DNA of 64,000 nt. Source: Dehalococcoidia bacterium. Its GTDB lineage: Bacteria; Chloroflexota; Dehalococcoidia; Lucifugimonadales; Lucifugimonadaceae. Made by a program: the position numbers and the translations under genes. Numbering within the stretch: the stretch's first letter is position 1; every line of letters starts with the position of its first letter. The DNA lies in the NCBI GenBank assembly GCA_012959765.1, contig DUCO01000049.1:94949-158948 (forward strand), read 5' to 3'. Below are positions 1 to 8,607 of this stretch, piece after piece. A model generated the notes under the pieces. That model saw only the letters and a list, made by a program, of their open reading frames with translations. It searched no databases and had not been told where the DNA came from.

Positions 1-937
1 CAACTGATCGGCCTTCGTGGATTCGCCTGATCGCTTCTCCAAGAAGCGGTGCGATTGAAATTACTTTGATCTTTGAGTTTACTTTGTCTTCGGGCAAAGG
101 CACCGTGTCGGTTATTACCAATTCTTTGATATGTGGAACGTCGGTAATTCGTTTTGACGCATCACCCGGCAGGACACCGTGAGTGGCGACTACGTAGATA
201 TCGCCACCACCCCGAGAAGTTATAGCGTCCACTGCCGAAAGCATCGTTCCGCCTGTGCTGATCTCATCGTCGAAGAGAATGATCGGGTGACCATCCACAT
301 CACCAATTACGTTCATACTCTCGACGCGGTCTTCATTTCCGAGCCGACGCTTCTCAACAATGGCCAGAGGTGCGTTTATCGCCCCAGCAAAGTCGCGCGC
401 CTTTTTGGTGATACCGATATCGGTTGCGACCACAACGGGATCTTTGAGATCACGATTCACAAAGTACTCGACGAGTCCCGGCATTGCGGTTAATTCATCA
501 ACCGGTACCTGGAAGAACCCTTGCACCTGTCCAGCGTGAAGGTCGATCATTACTACGCGGTCGGCGCCGGCAGTTTCTAGAAGATCGGCAACAAGACGGC
601 CAGTGATCGGCACGCGGGGTTGGTCTTTCTTGTCGGTTCGGGCGTAGCTGTAATAAGGAATTACCGCCGTAATACGACCCGCTGAAGCACGCTTCGCGGC
701 GTCGATCATGATCAGCAGTTCCATGATGTGATCATTCACCGGCTCAACGTCCGACTGCAGAATGAATACATCCTTCTGGCGAACATTCTCGAGAATACGC
801 ACGAAGGTGTTGTCGTTGGTGAACTTGAACACCTCGATCTGGCCGACTTCCTGCTGAAGGTAGTCGCAGATGTTTTGCACCAACTCAGGGTGCGAGTTTC
901 CAGCAAAAATAACCGGTTTTCCGTTAACCCCGTACAT
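1..937 (-). CDS. prs: ribose-phosphate pyrophosphokinase (3' end cut by window edge)
   Basis: Absent from the ORF track because it runs off the edge. Manual translation from the ATG at complement 935-937 gives MYGVNGKPVIFAGNSHPELVQNICDYL... It carries Prs motifs DLHAGQVQGFF and the PRPP loop ILFDDEISTGGT. Confidence 0.85.
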   Translation of the reverse strand, partial: MYGVNGKPVIFAGNSHPELVQNICDYLQQEVGQIEVFKFTNDNTFVRILENVRQKDVFILQSDVEPVNDHIMELLIMIDAAKRASAGRITAVIPYYSYARTDKKDQPRVPITGRLVADLLETAGADRVVMIDLHAGQVQGFFQVPVDELTAMPGLVEYFVNRDLKDPVVVATDIGITKKARDFAGAINAPLAIVEKRRLGNEDRVESMNVIGDVDGHPIILFDDEISTGGTMLSAVDAITSRGGGDIYVVATHGVLPGDASKRITDVPHIKELVITDTVPLPEDKVNSKIKVISIAPLLGEAIRRIHEGRSV

Positions 938-1765
938 TAGTTCCCCTTGAAATCCGGTCGTCGTTTTTCACGCAAAGCCACCATACCTTCAACATGATCG
1001 TTTGAGGATAGCGTGATTGCTTCCACCGCGGCAGACATTTCGAGAGAAGTTTCGAGATCCATTGACATCCCTCTGCGCATCATAGTTTTGGCCAAACGAA
1101 TCGCAATTGGTGGCCCGGAGGCAACTCGGCGCGCCATCTTTTCAGCAGTGCCAATCAGATCTTCTTCAGATACCACTGCGTTCAGGAAGCCGAGACTATT
1201 CGCTTCGTCGACTTCCATGAAGTTACCCATACACATCAGTTCTGCCGCCTTGGCGGTGCCGAATATTCGAGGGTAGAGCCACGTTCCGCCGTAACCGGGG
1301 AAGAGCCCGACATGAATGTACGCGGCCATGAAGCGTGCCGATTCGGAAGCGACTCGCATGTCGCACGCACAGGCAAGGTCGAACCCGGCGCCAACGGCCG
1401 ACCCGTTGATCGCCGCTATTACAGGTTTTCCCATCTGGTAAATGCCCAGAATCACCTTGCGAGCAAGCTTGAATCCTCTCTGCTCCACCGGGTCCTGGCT
1501 TGTGTGGGCCGTCGCCTGAGCCACCGACCATTTCATCGGTATCGGCACCCGAGCAAAACGCTTGACCAGCACCTGTGAGAATCACGGCGCGTATCGAATC
1601 GTCAGCCGCTACCACGTCGAGCGTGTCGGCCAAAGATTGAAGTAGTTCGTTACTGAGTGAGTTGAGGCGGTCGGGGCGATTGAGCGTGATAGTCGCGAAT
1701 CCGTGGTCACGGCTCACATCGAGTATCACGTTGGGAGTTGTCGAAATATCGGCAGTGTCTGGCAT
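937..1765 (-). pseudogene. enoyl-CoA hydratase/isomerase (crotonase) family, frameshifted
   Basis: ORF 1223-1765 gives the N-part (..AVILTGAGQAFCSGAD..). ORF 937-1572 gives the C-part (..KPVIAAINGSAVGAGFDLACACDMRVA..). They are in different frames, and one 1-nt shift somewhere in 1450-1555 joins them. Confidence 0.7.
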
Positions 1766-1940
1766 GCCGGGATTCTAGCACCAGCCCGGATCCGAAATGG
1801 CAAGATATTTTAATGGTCTCGAACTGATTTCGAGTCCAACTCTAGACCTGCGAAAATATCTGAGCACTCAATGTGCAGCGAAGATAATTTCCGCTTCTAG
1901 GCGCAGTGTTGTTCGACCGGTAAGCCGAACAACCAATCAT

Positions 1941-1962
1941 AAAAAGCGGAATGTCGCTTTTT
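1941..1962 (-). terminator. hairpin with flanking A/T runs (possibly bidirectional terminator)
   Basis: AAAAAGCG-gaatgt-CGCTTTTT lies directly at the stop of the 1961-2155 gene. A second 8-bp inverted repeat GTTGTTCG..CGAACAAC sits at 1908-1933. Confidence 0.5.
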
Positions 1963-2155
1963 AAGCAGCCTTCTGATCGGTGTACGGAAGCGGGGTCGCC
2001 GGTGCATCCAGCGGCTTTCCGAAAAGTCTTGCCGCCATTTCAGGCGAAAGGTCTTTCGAGAACCCACATTGCAAACACTTCAAGAAAGTGCCGTGCATGT
2101 CGCTATCGGCATTAATGTCGCCAGAGCATCGAGGGCAGGATTTGAGGTACAGCAT
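1961..2155 (-). CDS. small zinc-ribbon protein (two CxxC pairs), function unknown
   Basis: 64-aa ORF MLYLKSCPRCSGD...FLKCLQCGF followed by a terminator hairpin. Confidence 0.5.
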   Translation of the reverse strand: MLYLKSCPRCSGDINADSDMHGTFLKCLQCGFSKDLSPEMAARLFGKPLDAPATPLPYTDQKAA

Positions 2156-2334
2156 CTTCTTTCTCTTTCCCGTTTTTCAGGATCGAATTGAAAGTGCGTA
2201 CAGCCTATCCGTCTAAAAAATTCCCACGAACCGTCCCCACCGACACTCTTAATGCGTGCCTGCACCTAATTTTTCGAGACCTTAGTTACTTGCCACGGGC
2301 GGTGCCCGAGTTATTGGAGCGGTGGGTGAGCAGG

Positions 2335-2682
2335 CTAGATCAGTTCGTCGTATGCGCCCTGCTTAAAGCCGAAGATAATCTGTGAATCGTCGGTAAGAAT
2401 CGGTCGCCGAATCAGACGTGGCTCATTTACCATCATCTCAATCAACTCTTCTTCGGTAGCCTTGCCTCGGAGATCGCGATACGGCTTAGAACTCGGACTT
2501 CTCCAGGCGAACATCTCGTCGACCGACGAGAGTTTGCTCAGGTTTTTTATCTCGTCGCTCGAAAATTTTTCTTTGAAGAAATCTCGAAAATCGTACTCAG
2601 TACTTGAATCATTGAGAGCCCGACGGGCCTTCGAACACGTACTTCAACGAGACCAGCAGTAAAATTTCAGTTCTGTAGACAC
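2335..2682 (-). CDS. ArsC/Spx/YffB-family thioredoxin-fold protein with in-frame TGA (candidate Sec, UxxC)
   Basis: Manual translation gives (GTG)STELKFYCWSR-TGA-STCSKARRALNDSSTEYDFRDFFKEKFSSDEIKNL...VNEPRLIRRPILTDDSQIIFGFKQGAYDELI-TAG. The length is 348 nt (116 codons). The TGA lies at complement 2644-2646, the position of the first Cys of the family CxxC. Confidence 0.6.
2614..2632 (-). other. candidate SECIS-like hairpin downstream of the in-frame UGA
   Basis: Counting the U of UGA as 1, pairs G19-C29, C20-G28, C21-G27 and C22-G26 (plus G18-U30) close a G23-U24-C25 loop. An extension G15-C33/A16-U32 is possible. Confidence 0.4.
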
Positions 2683-2825
2683 TAATAAATCTCCGGATTT
2701 CTCTTCAGATTGTCGTCAGCTGGATGTGGGATTTTCCGGCAGGCTTCTGGTGAACAGAATGCTAAACCGCTTTCACACTATCCGCGATGTTCCGATAGGC
2801 TGAACCGTAACAGCAAAGGCACTCG

Positions 2826-4247
2826 GTGAGTAATCGTATCGGCAATACAAATGACGAGATTAACGACCTATCGCGTTGGTCTGCCTTCAAACGCGCCCTT
2901 CCAAACCCTCGAAGCCGGTCACGAAACTTATCTAACCTGAGCCTTTATGCGTTCGGGCTCTCGGGTGTGTGGACTGGAGTGGGCGTTGGAATTCTCCCAT
3001 TCAAAGTTCTTGAAGCGCTTGATGCGGGTCGAGTAGAAATACTCGGATACGCGCTCGATAAAAACGGCGCACTCGGCATTTTGTCACTACTTGGACTGAT
3101 GGTAGCGGCGGTCGCCCAGCTTGGTGCTGGCTTGCTAAGCGACCGTGATTCCAGATTAGGCAGTCGGCTGCCCTACCTGTTAGTTGGCGCTTTCGGTCTG
3201 GCGGCGATCACTGTTCTTTTCGGTTTCGCCACATCGTTCGTGGCCCTCATGCTTGCGATGATGGCAATGCAGATGTTCGGGAACATTGGGCAGGGGCCAG
3301 CGAACGCCTTGATCATCGATCATGTGCATCCAACGAAAAGAGGCCAGGCGGCAGGTGTGCTCAATCTCTGGCAATTGCTCGGCGCCGGGGCGGTCACCGT
3401 GATCGTGCTCCAGTTCATGGCGAGATACGATGCGGTGGAAGCGCCACAATGGCTGTGGTTCTCGATCGCCCTGATGATCACCGTTTTAGTGCTGAGCACC
3501 CTGTGGACGGTGCTGGTGGTTCGCCCGTCGAGTGGCCTGTTTATACCGAACATAAGACGGACCGACTCCACCGCGAAGAAGCAGGACTCTCCCGCCACGA
3601 AAGCTGTAAAACCTCGAATTAGCGGAAGTTATGTGGCATTCCTGGTGGCGTTGGCGTTCGCTATCGCTGCAATGTCGTCGATGCAGATATATGCCCTATT
3701 TTTCCTGCAAGACGTTGTTGGCCTCGAGAATCCAGCAGCTGGAGCCGATCGACTGGTAATCGTTATTGTGCTTGCGGCTGCACTCACTGTGCTTCCTGCC
3801 GGGTACCTTGCAGATCGACTCGGCAGGGCAAGTCTTTTCGTACTCGCAGGTGCCACCGGAGTAATCTCTTCCCTGCTTTTGTTATTCGTCGATTCGATCG
3901 GGCCTGTGCTCGCGATCGGGGCAATCGTCGGAATTTCAGTCGGCTTGTTCATGACCCTAACGTGGGCGGTCGCCAACGATCTTGTGAGCCGTGGCTCTGC
4001 TGCAAGAGAACTCGGGTACACAAGCTTTGCGACACTCGGCGGTGCGGCTCTGGCACGATTCGCCGGGATTGGCATCGATGAGCTCAATCATGTGTCTGAG
4101 AATCTGGGCTACAAGGCGATAATCATTTCGGTAGCTATTGCCTTTGCTCTGTCAGCCGTGATTCTTGCAAAAATCGGCGGTAAGCCGGGCGTTGTCGAAA
4201 AACCGTCTGATTTCGAACAGGTAGCTACCGCTCCAGCGCCTGACTAG
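2826..4247 (+). CDS. MFS transporter
   Basis: 473-aa ORF with about 12 hydrophobic helices split by a central hydrophilic loop. Confidence 0.8.
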   Translation: MSNRIGNTNDEINDLSRWSAFKRALPNPRSRSRNLSNLSLYAFGLSGVWTGVGVGILPFKVLEALDAGRVEILGYALDKNGALGILSLLGLMVAAVAQLGAGLLSDRDSRLGSRLPYLLVGAFGLAAITVLFGFATSFVALMLAMMAMQMFGNIGQGPANALIIDHVHPTKRGQAAGVLNLWQLLGAGAVTVIVLQFMARYDAVEAPQWLWFSIALMITVLVLSTLWTVLVVRPSSGLFIPNIRRTDSTAKKQDSPATKAVKPRISGSYVAFLVALAFAIAAMSSMQIYALFFLQDVVGLENPAAGADRLVIVIVLAAALTVLPAGYLADRLGRASLFVLAGATGVISSLLLLFVDSIGPVLAIGAIVGISVGLFMTLTWAVANDLVSRGSAARELGYTSFATLGGAALARFAGIGIDELNHVSENLGYKAIIISVAIAFALSAVILAKIGGKPGVVEKPSDFEQVATAPAPD

Positions 4248-4330
4248 TCGAGTATTCACTCAACTGGCCGATATACTTGCCACCTCGAATCTTTAACGGG
4301 CACAGCCCTAGCAATCTGGATCATCTGTAA

Positions 4331-5290
4331 ATGGACGTGTTTCTCGCGAGCCCTCGCGGCTTCTGCGCCGGAGTCGACCTTGCCGTCGACATCGTCGATC
4401 TCGCCATTCAGCAATACGGGATCCCGGTCTACGTAAAGCACCAGATTGTCCACAACCCCAAGGTTGTTGCCGATGTCGAAGCGAAGGGCGCAATCACGGT
4501 CGAAAACGTCGAAGAGGTTCCCGAAGGAGCCGTCGTCGTTTTCTCAGCACACGGCTCGCCGCCCTCTGATTACCAGATTGCAAGCCGCCGGGGTCTCACC
4601 GTGCTCGATGCAACATGCCCACTCGTAACCCGTGTTCACAACGAAGCCAAGAAGTACACCCGAGAGGGAAAGAAAATTGTGCTTGTGGGCCACGCGGGGC
4701 ACCAGGAAGTGATCGGAACAACGGGCCAGGCAGAAATGGAGCTTGTCGATGAACGGCAGGATTCCAAACTGCCCGATTGGTCCAAAGATTCCGAGGTCGC
4801 AGTCCTCACCCAAACCACCCTTTCGGTAAACGACACCGCCAGAGCAATCGCCAGAATAAAAAAGCGCCACCCGAACGCAGTTGTTCGAAACGACATCTGC
4901 TACGCCACAACCAACCGGCAGGCTGCGGCTACCGAGCTTGCCGATATGACAGAACTGGTTCTGGTAATTGGTGCTCAGAACAGTTCGAACTGCAACCGAC
5001 TCAAAGACGTTGCCATTAAAAAAGGCGTGCGCGCTCATCTGATAAACGGACCTGAAGAGCTGGATCATTCATGGCTTTATGGGGTTGAGAAAATCGGTAT
5101 TACATCGGGTGCCTCGACTCCCGAGAAACAGGTGAAAGCCGTTATCGAAGCTATTTCGCCAGATAACATATTTCGCGTTGGCCCCGGTGAAGATAAGACC
5201 ACGTTTGCAATACCTCGCAACCTACGTGGCATGGTTAGCGGCGGAACCCGCCAGAGCAAAGAAGATTTGATTCTCGATGAAGATAACTAG
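4331..5290 (+). CDS. ispH: 4-hydroxy-3-methylbut-2-enyl diphosphate reductase
   Basis: MDVFLASPRGFCAGVDLAV..., ..SAHGSPP.., ..TCPLVTRVH.., ..ICYATTNRQ.. are typical IspH/LytB blocks. Confidence 0.9.
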   Translation: MDVFLASPRGFCAGVDLAVDIVDLAIQQYGIPVYVKHQIVHNPKVVADVEAKGAITVENVEEVPEGAVVVFSAHGSPPSDYQIASRRGLTVLDATCPLVTRVHNEAKKYTREGKKIVLVGHAGHQEVIGTTGQAEMELVDERQDSKLPDWSKDSEVAVLTQTTLSVNDTARAIARIKKRHPNAVVRNDICYATTNRQAAATELADMTELVLVIGAQNSSNCNRLKDVAIKKGVRAHLINGPEELDHSWLYGVEKIGITSGASTPEKQVKAVIEAISPDNIFRVGPGEDKTTFAIPRNLRGMVSGGTRQSKEDLILDEDN

Positions 5291-6398
5291 CGTCGAATGC
5301 CTAGTGCTCGATGAAGAGTACCCGTACGTAATCCTTCACACAGACGATGGATTCACAGGATTCGGCGAGTGTTTTCGTCGCGCACCTTACGTTTCCAAGG
5401 TCGCAATCGAAACGGTGTTTGCACCTCTTGTAGTCGGCAAGTCTCCGTTCGACTCTGAAGAGATATGGGATCTGATGTTTAAGGCTGGCGCGGTCGCGGG
5501 TCCTCTTGGTGCGTTGCTAACGGCGGCGGCCGGCGTCGACCTGGCGCTGTGGGATCTCAAAGGGAAGATTCTCAACACCCCCATCTACAACCTGATCGGC
5601 GGTAAGCGTCGAGAAATGATCAAGGTTTACGCAAGTTCACTTGCCCGTGACCTCGCACCAAAAGATGAGGCCAAACGGGTTGCCCACTTCAGGGATCAGG
5701 GGTTCTCCGCTTACAAGATGCACTCGGCCATACCGGGCAAGATCGACGATCCGGGTGACCTCACGATCGAAACTGTGAAGGCGATTCGTGAAGAAGTCGG
5801 GTACGAAATGGATGTGCTGGTCGATGTGAACAGCGCTTACTCTGTGCATCACGCAATCGAAATCGGACTCCAACTTCAGGACCTCGGCGTGTTCCATTTC
5901 GAGGAGCCAGTTCACCTCCGCAACTACGCCGGGATGGCCGAAGTTGCCGACGCACTTGTGATGCCAGTAGCTTCGGGTGAGAACTCTTTCACCCGGTGGG
6001 AGCACCTGACTCTCATCCGAGAAGGCCGACCCGATATTGTGCAGCCCGACGTCGTGAAGGTTGGGGGAATCACCGAGTTCCTGCGCATCGAGGCTGTGCT
6101 CACAGCCCATGGCGCAACTATGACCACCCACAACACGCAGCCCTACGGATCGACCGCTGCCCACGCTCACCTGCTCGCCCCGAGCAACAACTTCCCGTAC
6201 GCACAGGAATACAACATCGAAGAAGTGGGCATCCGAGACAACGACTCGATTCTCGATACGCCGTACGAGGTTGAAGACGGCTTTATTCGTATACCAGACG
6301 GCCCCGGACTGGGACTCGACTACAACCTCGAGAAGATGCGAGCCCGCAGCAGCGATCGCCCGTCGGCGTTGGCCGACGTTTGGGGTCACATGCAGTAG
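5277..6398 (+). CDS. enolase-superfamily enzyme (mandelate racemase/MLE type, acid-sugar dehydratase-like)
   Basis: N-terminal capping domain MKITSVE..DDGFTGFGE. Barrel metal-ligand blocks VDVN, FEEP and SGEN, followed by QPDV.KVGG. Confidence 0.85.
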   Translation: MKITSVECLVLDEEYPYVILHTDDGFTGFGECFRRAPYVSKVAIETVFAPLVVGKSPFDSEEIWDLMFKAGAVAGPLGALLTAAAGVDLALWDLKGKILNTPIYNLIGGKRREMIKVYASSLARDLAPKDEAKRVAHFRDQGFSAYKMHSAIPGKIDDPGDLTIETVKAIREEVGYEMDVLVDVNSAYSVHHAIEIGLQLQDLGVFHFEEPVHLRNYAGMAEVADALVMPVASGENSFTRWEHLTLIREGRPDIVQPDVVKVGGITEFLRIEAVLTAHGATMTTHNTQPYGSTAAHAHLLAPSNNFPYAQEYNIEEVGIRDNDSILDTPYEVEDGFIRIPDGPGLGLDYNLEKMRARSSDRPSALADVWGHMQ

Positions 6399-6525
6399 GG
6401 TTTTCGTTGATTGTCATTACGAGGAGTCGTCGACGTGGCAATAACGATCATTGGCTCTCAGTACTCGAATCTGCCAACCGCAACTACGAGCCGACAACGC
6501 TTTCCGACGGTCTCGTTTTTCAGGA

Positions 6526-7890
6526 CTACCCATGATCAATCCGCGAAAACCCTGTCAGCAACTGCGGCCACTTCAGAATCGATAGCCCAACGGCGATGAG
6601 CCCGCCCGCGGCGTACCCGCTGATAGTCATATTCACACCGTACTGCTCGATCAACCAACCGCCGATTACGAGTCCCATTGGCAGGCCGTAGACCGCCAGC
6701 ATGCGTATACCCATCACTCGGCCGCGCATCTCGAATTTGGTGAAGGTCATTAGCACCACCGACATCGAGATCATGCAGAAGCTGATCGAAGCCCCGATCA
6801 AGGCAAGCAGCGGTAGACCCACGGCGTTCGAGTCGGTCTGAGCAAACAGGATCAGCAGCACGTACCAGCCGACCATGGTGAACATCATGAAGCGTTCGGG
6901 GCGTCTTGAATTCACGACAGATGCCATCAACACCGACCCGACCAGCGCACCTGCAGCAAACACGGAGACCATCAGAGCCAATCCGTTCTCATCGTGCCCG
7001 TACACATCACGGGCAACTACTGGCAGCAAGCCGTTAGTCAGCGGGAAGGCTGTGAGATTTACCAGAAACGCCATGAACATAATCGGCTGAATCACCGGGG
7101 ATCCAACCATGTACTTCATGCCCTGTTTCATTTCAGTAAACGGGTTTACGTGCTTCACCGGAACGCTCGATCGAATCGAGCTGATTCCGAGTCCGAACAG
7201 AACACTGAACGCATAGAACGCAGTTACGCCAACGTACGCCCAACCAAGCCCGAGTCGTGAAAGCAAAGTTGCGCCAAGTAGTGCGCCTACGATTCGCGCA
7301 GTGTCCTGCGTTGTTCTGGCGAGACCTGACGCATTCATCAGCAGCTCGCGTGGCACGGTGTCGGCAATCAGCGACTGGCGAAGAACGTTGTCTGAAGCTC
7401 GAACAAGCCCGCTGAAGCCGGCAATTACAAATATGTGCCACGGCTGTAGAAGGTCGGTTGCGACAAGAATCAGCAATGCAAGCGCAGCCAGCCCGGCTCC
7501 GGTGCGCATGATGATGAGCAATGCTTTGCGGCTCATGCGATCTGCCAGAACTCCAACCAGTGGGGCTGTCAGCGTGCCGGAAAATCTCAGTGCGCCCAGC
7601 AGTCCCACGAGGAACGGCGAGTCGGTGGCGACGAGAATGTACCAGCCCAGAATCAGAGTTTCCATCTCTGATCCCCAGGTCATCATCGCATCGGCCGACC
7701 ACTGGAAACGGAAGCTACGGATTCTGAATGCGGCGAATGGGGTAACTCGGGCTACCGGTTCTCTTGGCACACGTCTGGCCGAGCCGGATTCCGGTGCTGC
7801 AGAGTCAGACGTACCGACTGGTGATGAAGCATCTGCTGAGTGCGAATCGGACGATGGTCCACTCGAACTTCCTGATCCGTCAGCTACCAT
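6526..7890 (-). CDS. MFS transporter (start uncertain; low-complexity N-terminus)
   Basis: 454-aa multi-helix ORF. The first ~40 aa are Ser/Gly/Asp-rich, and an internal GTG near 7771 is an alternative start. Confidence 0.75.
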   Translation of the reverse strand: MVADGSGSSSGPSSDSHSADASSPVGTSDSAAPESGSARRVPREPVARVTPFAAFRIRSFRFQWSADAMMTWGSEMETLILGWYILVATDSPFLVGLLGALRFSGTLTAPLVGVLADRMSRKALLIIMRTGAGLAALALLILVATDLLQPWHIFVIAGFSGLVRASDNVLRQSLIADTVPRELLMNASGLARTTQDTARIVGALLGATLLSRLGLGWAYVGVTAFYAFSVLFGLGISSIRSSVPVKHVNPFTEMKQGMKYMVGSPVIQPIMFMAFLVNLTAFPLTNGLLPVVARDVYGHDENGLALMVSVFAAGALVGSVLMASVVNSRRPERFMMFTMVGWYVLLILFAQTDSNAVGLPLLALIGASISFCMISMSVVLMTFTKFEMRGRVMGIRMLAVYGLPMGLVIGGWLIEQYGVNMTISGYAAGGLIAVGLSILKWPQLLTGFSRIDHG

Positions 7891-7896
7891 CGACTC

Positions 7897-8520
7897 GTGA
7901 ATTTCCCTTTGCCAAATATGCCAGAGCCAATCGGTGCGGATCGAAAGCTCGTCGCGCTGTTCGTTTCGCTCGTGGCATTCGCCGTTCTTGCAGCGTGCGG
8001 TTCCAACTACCCGGCACCGGTGTTCATCGAATCACCAGAATGCGCCGATCTGGAACACGGCGTGCTGCCCGTAACAGACTTTACTCTCTCGACCGACGGG
8101 ATCGACGTGTCTCTGCAGGTCGAAATCGCCAATAATTCCAGCAAGCGGACACAGGGGCTCATGTGCCGAGAGTCGATTCCGCCCGATACCGGCATGTTGT
8201 TCACATACGAGTCTGATCGCACGAGCGGCTTCTGGATGTACAACACATACGTGCCAATCGACATCCTGTTCATCGATTCATCTGGCAATGTCAGCGATAA
8301 AATCACCATGATGCCCTGCCCGCGGGAAGAGCTGACGGACGACGATTGGAAGTTGAAGTGTGCCACCGATGCCAGCTCTTATATCCCAAGCAGCGAATGG
8401 CGATACACGCTGGAAATTCCGGCTGACTGGCTTTCGAGTCAGAACATTGGCGATTCAGTTGTGCGTAGCATGAACGTCTCGTGGCCGGGGTTTGAGATGG
8501 ATGATCCTGCGGCTGAGTAA
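7897..8520 (+). CDS. DUF192-family lipoprotein
   Basis: Signal peptide plus lipobox LAACGS. DUF192-like core ..RTQGLMCRESIPPDTGMLFTYE..FWMYNTYVPIDILFID.. An alternative start is the ATG at 7918. Confidence 0.7.
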   Translation: MNFPLPNMPEPIGADRKLVALFVSLVAFAVLAACGSNYPAPVFIESPECADLEHGVLPVTDFTLSTDGIDVSLQVEIANNSSKRTQGLMCRESIPPDTGMLFTYESDRTSGFWMYNTYVPIDILFIDSSGNVSDKITMMPCPREELTDDDWKLKCATDASSYIPSSEWRYTLEIPADWLSSQNIGDSVVRSMNVSWPGFEMDDPAAE

Positions 8521-8607
8521 CATTGCTTCCCAGTGCACGCCCCCCGGGTGCCAGCTAGCCAGAATCAACGCACGCAGATACGCAAGACGATAGGAAACGC
8601 ACAATAA

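Noticed and set aside
6526-7921. Divergent MFS and DUF192 genes separated by only 6 bp
   Set aside because: This is most likely an artefact of taking the longest ORFs. An internal GTG (~7771) for the MFS gene and the ATG at 7918 for the DUF192 gene leave a normal divergent promoter region.
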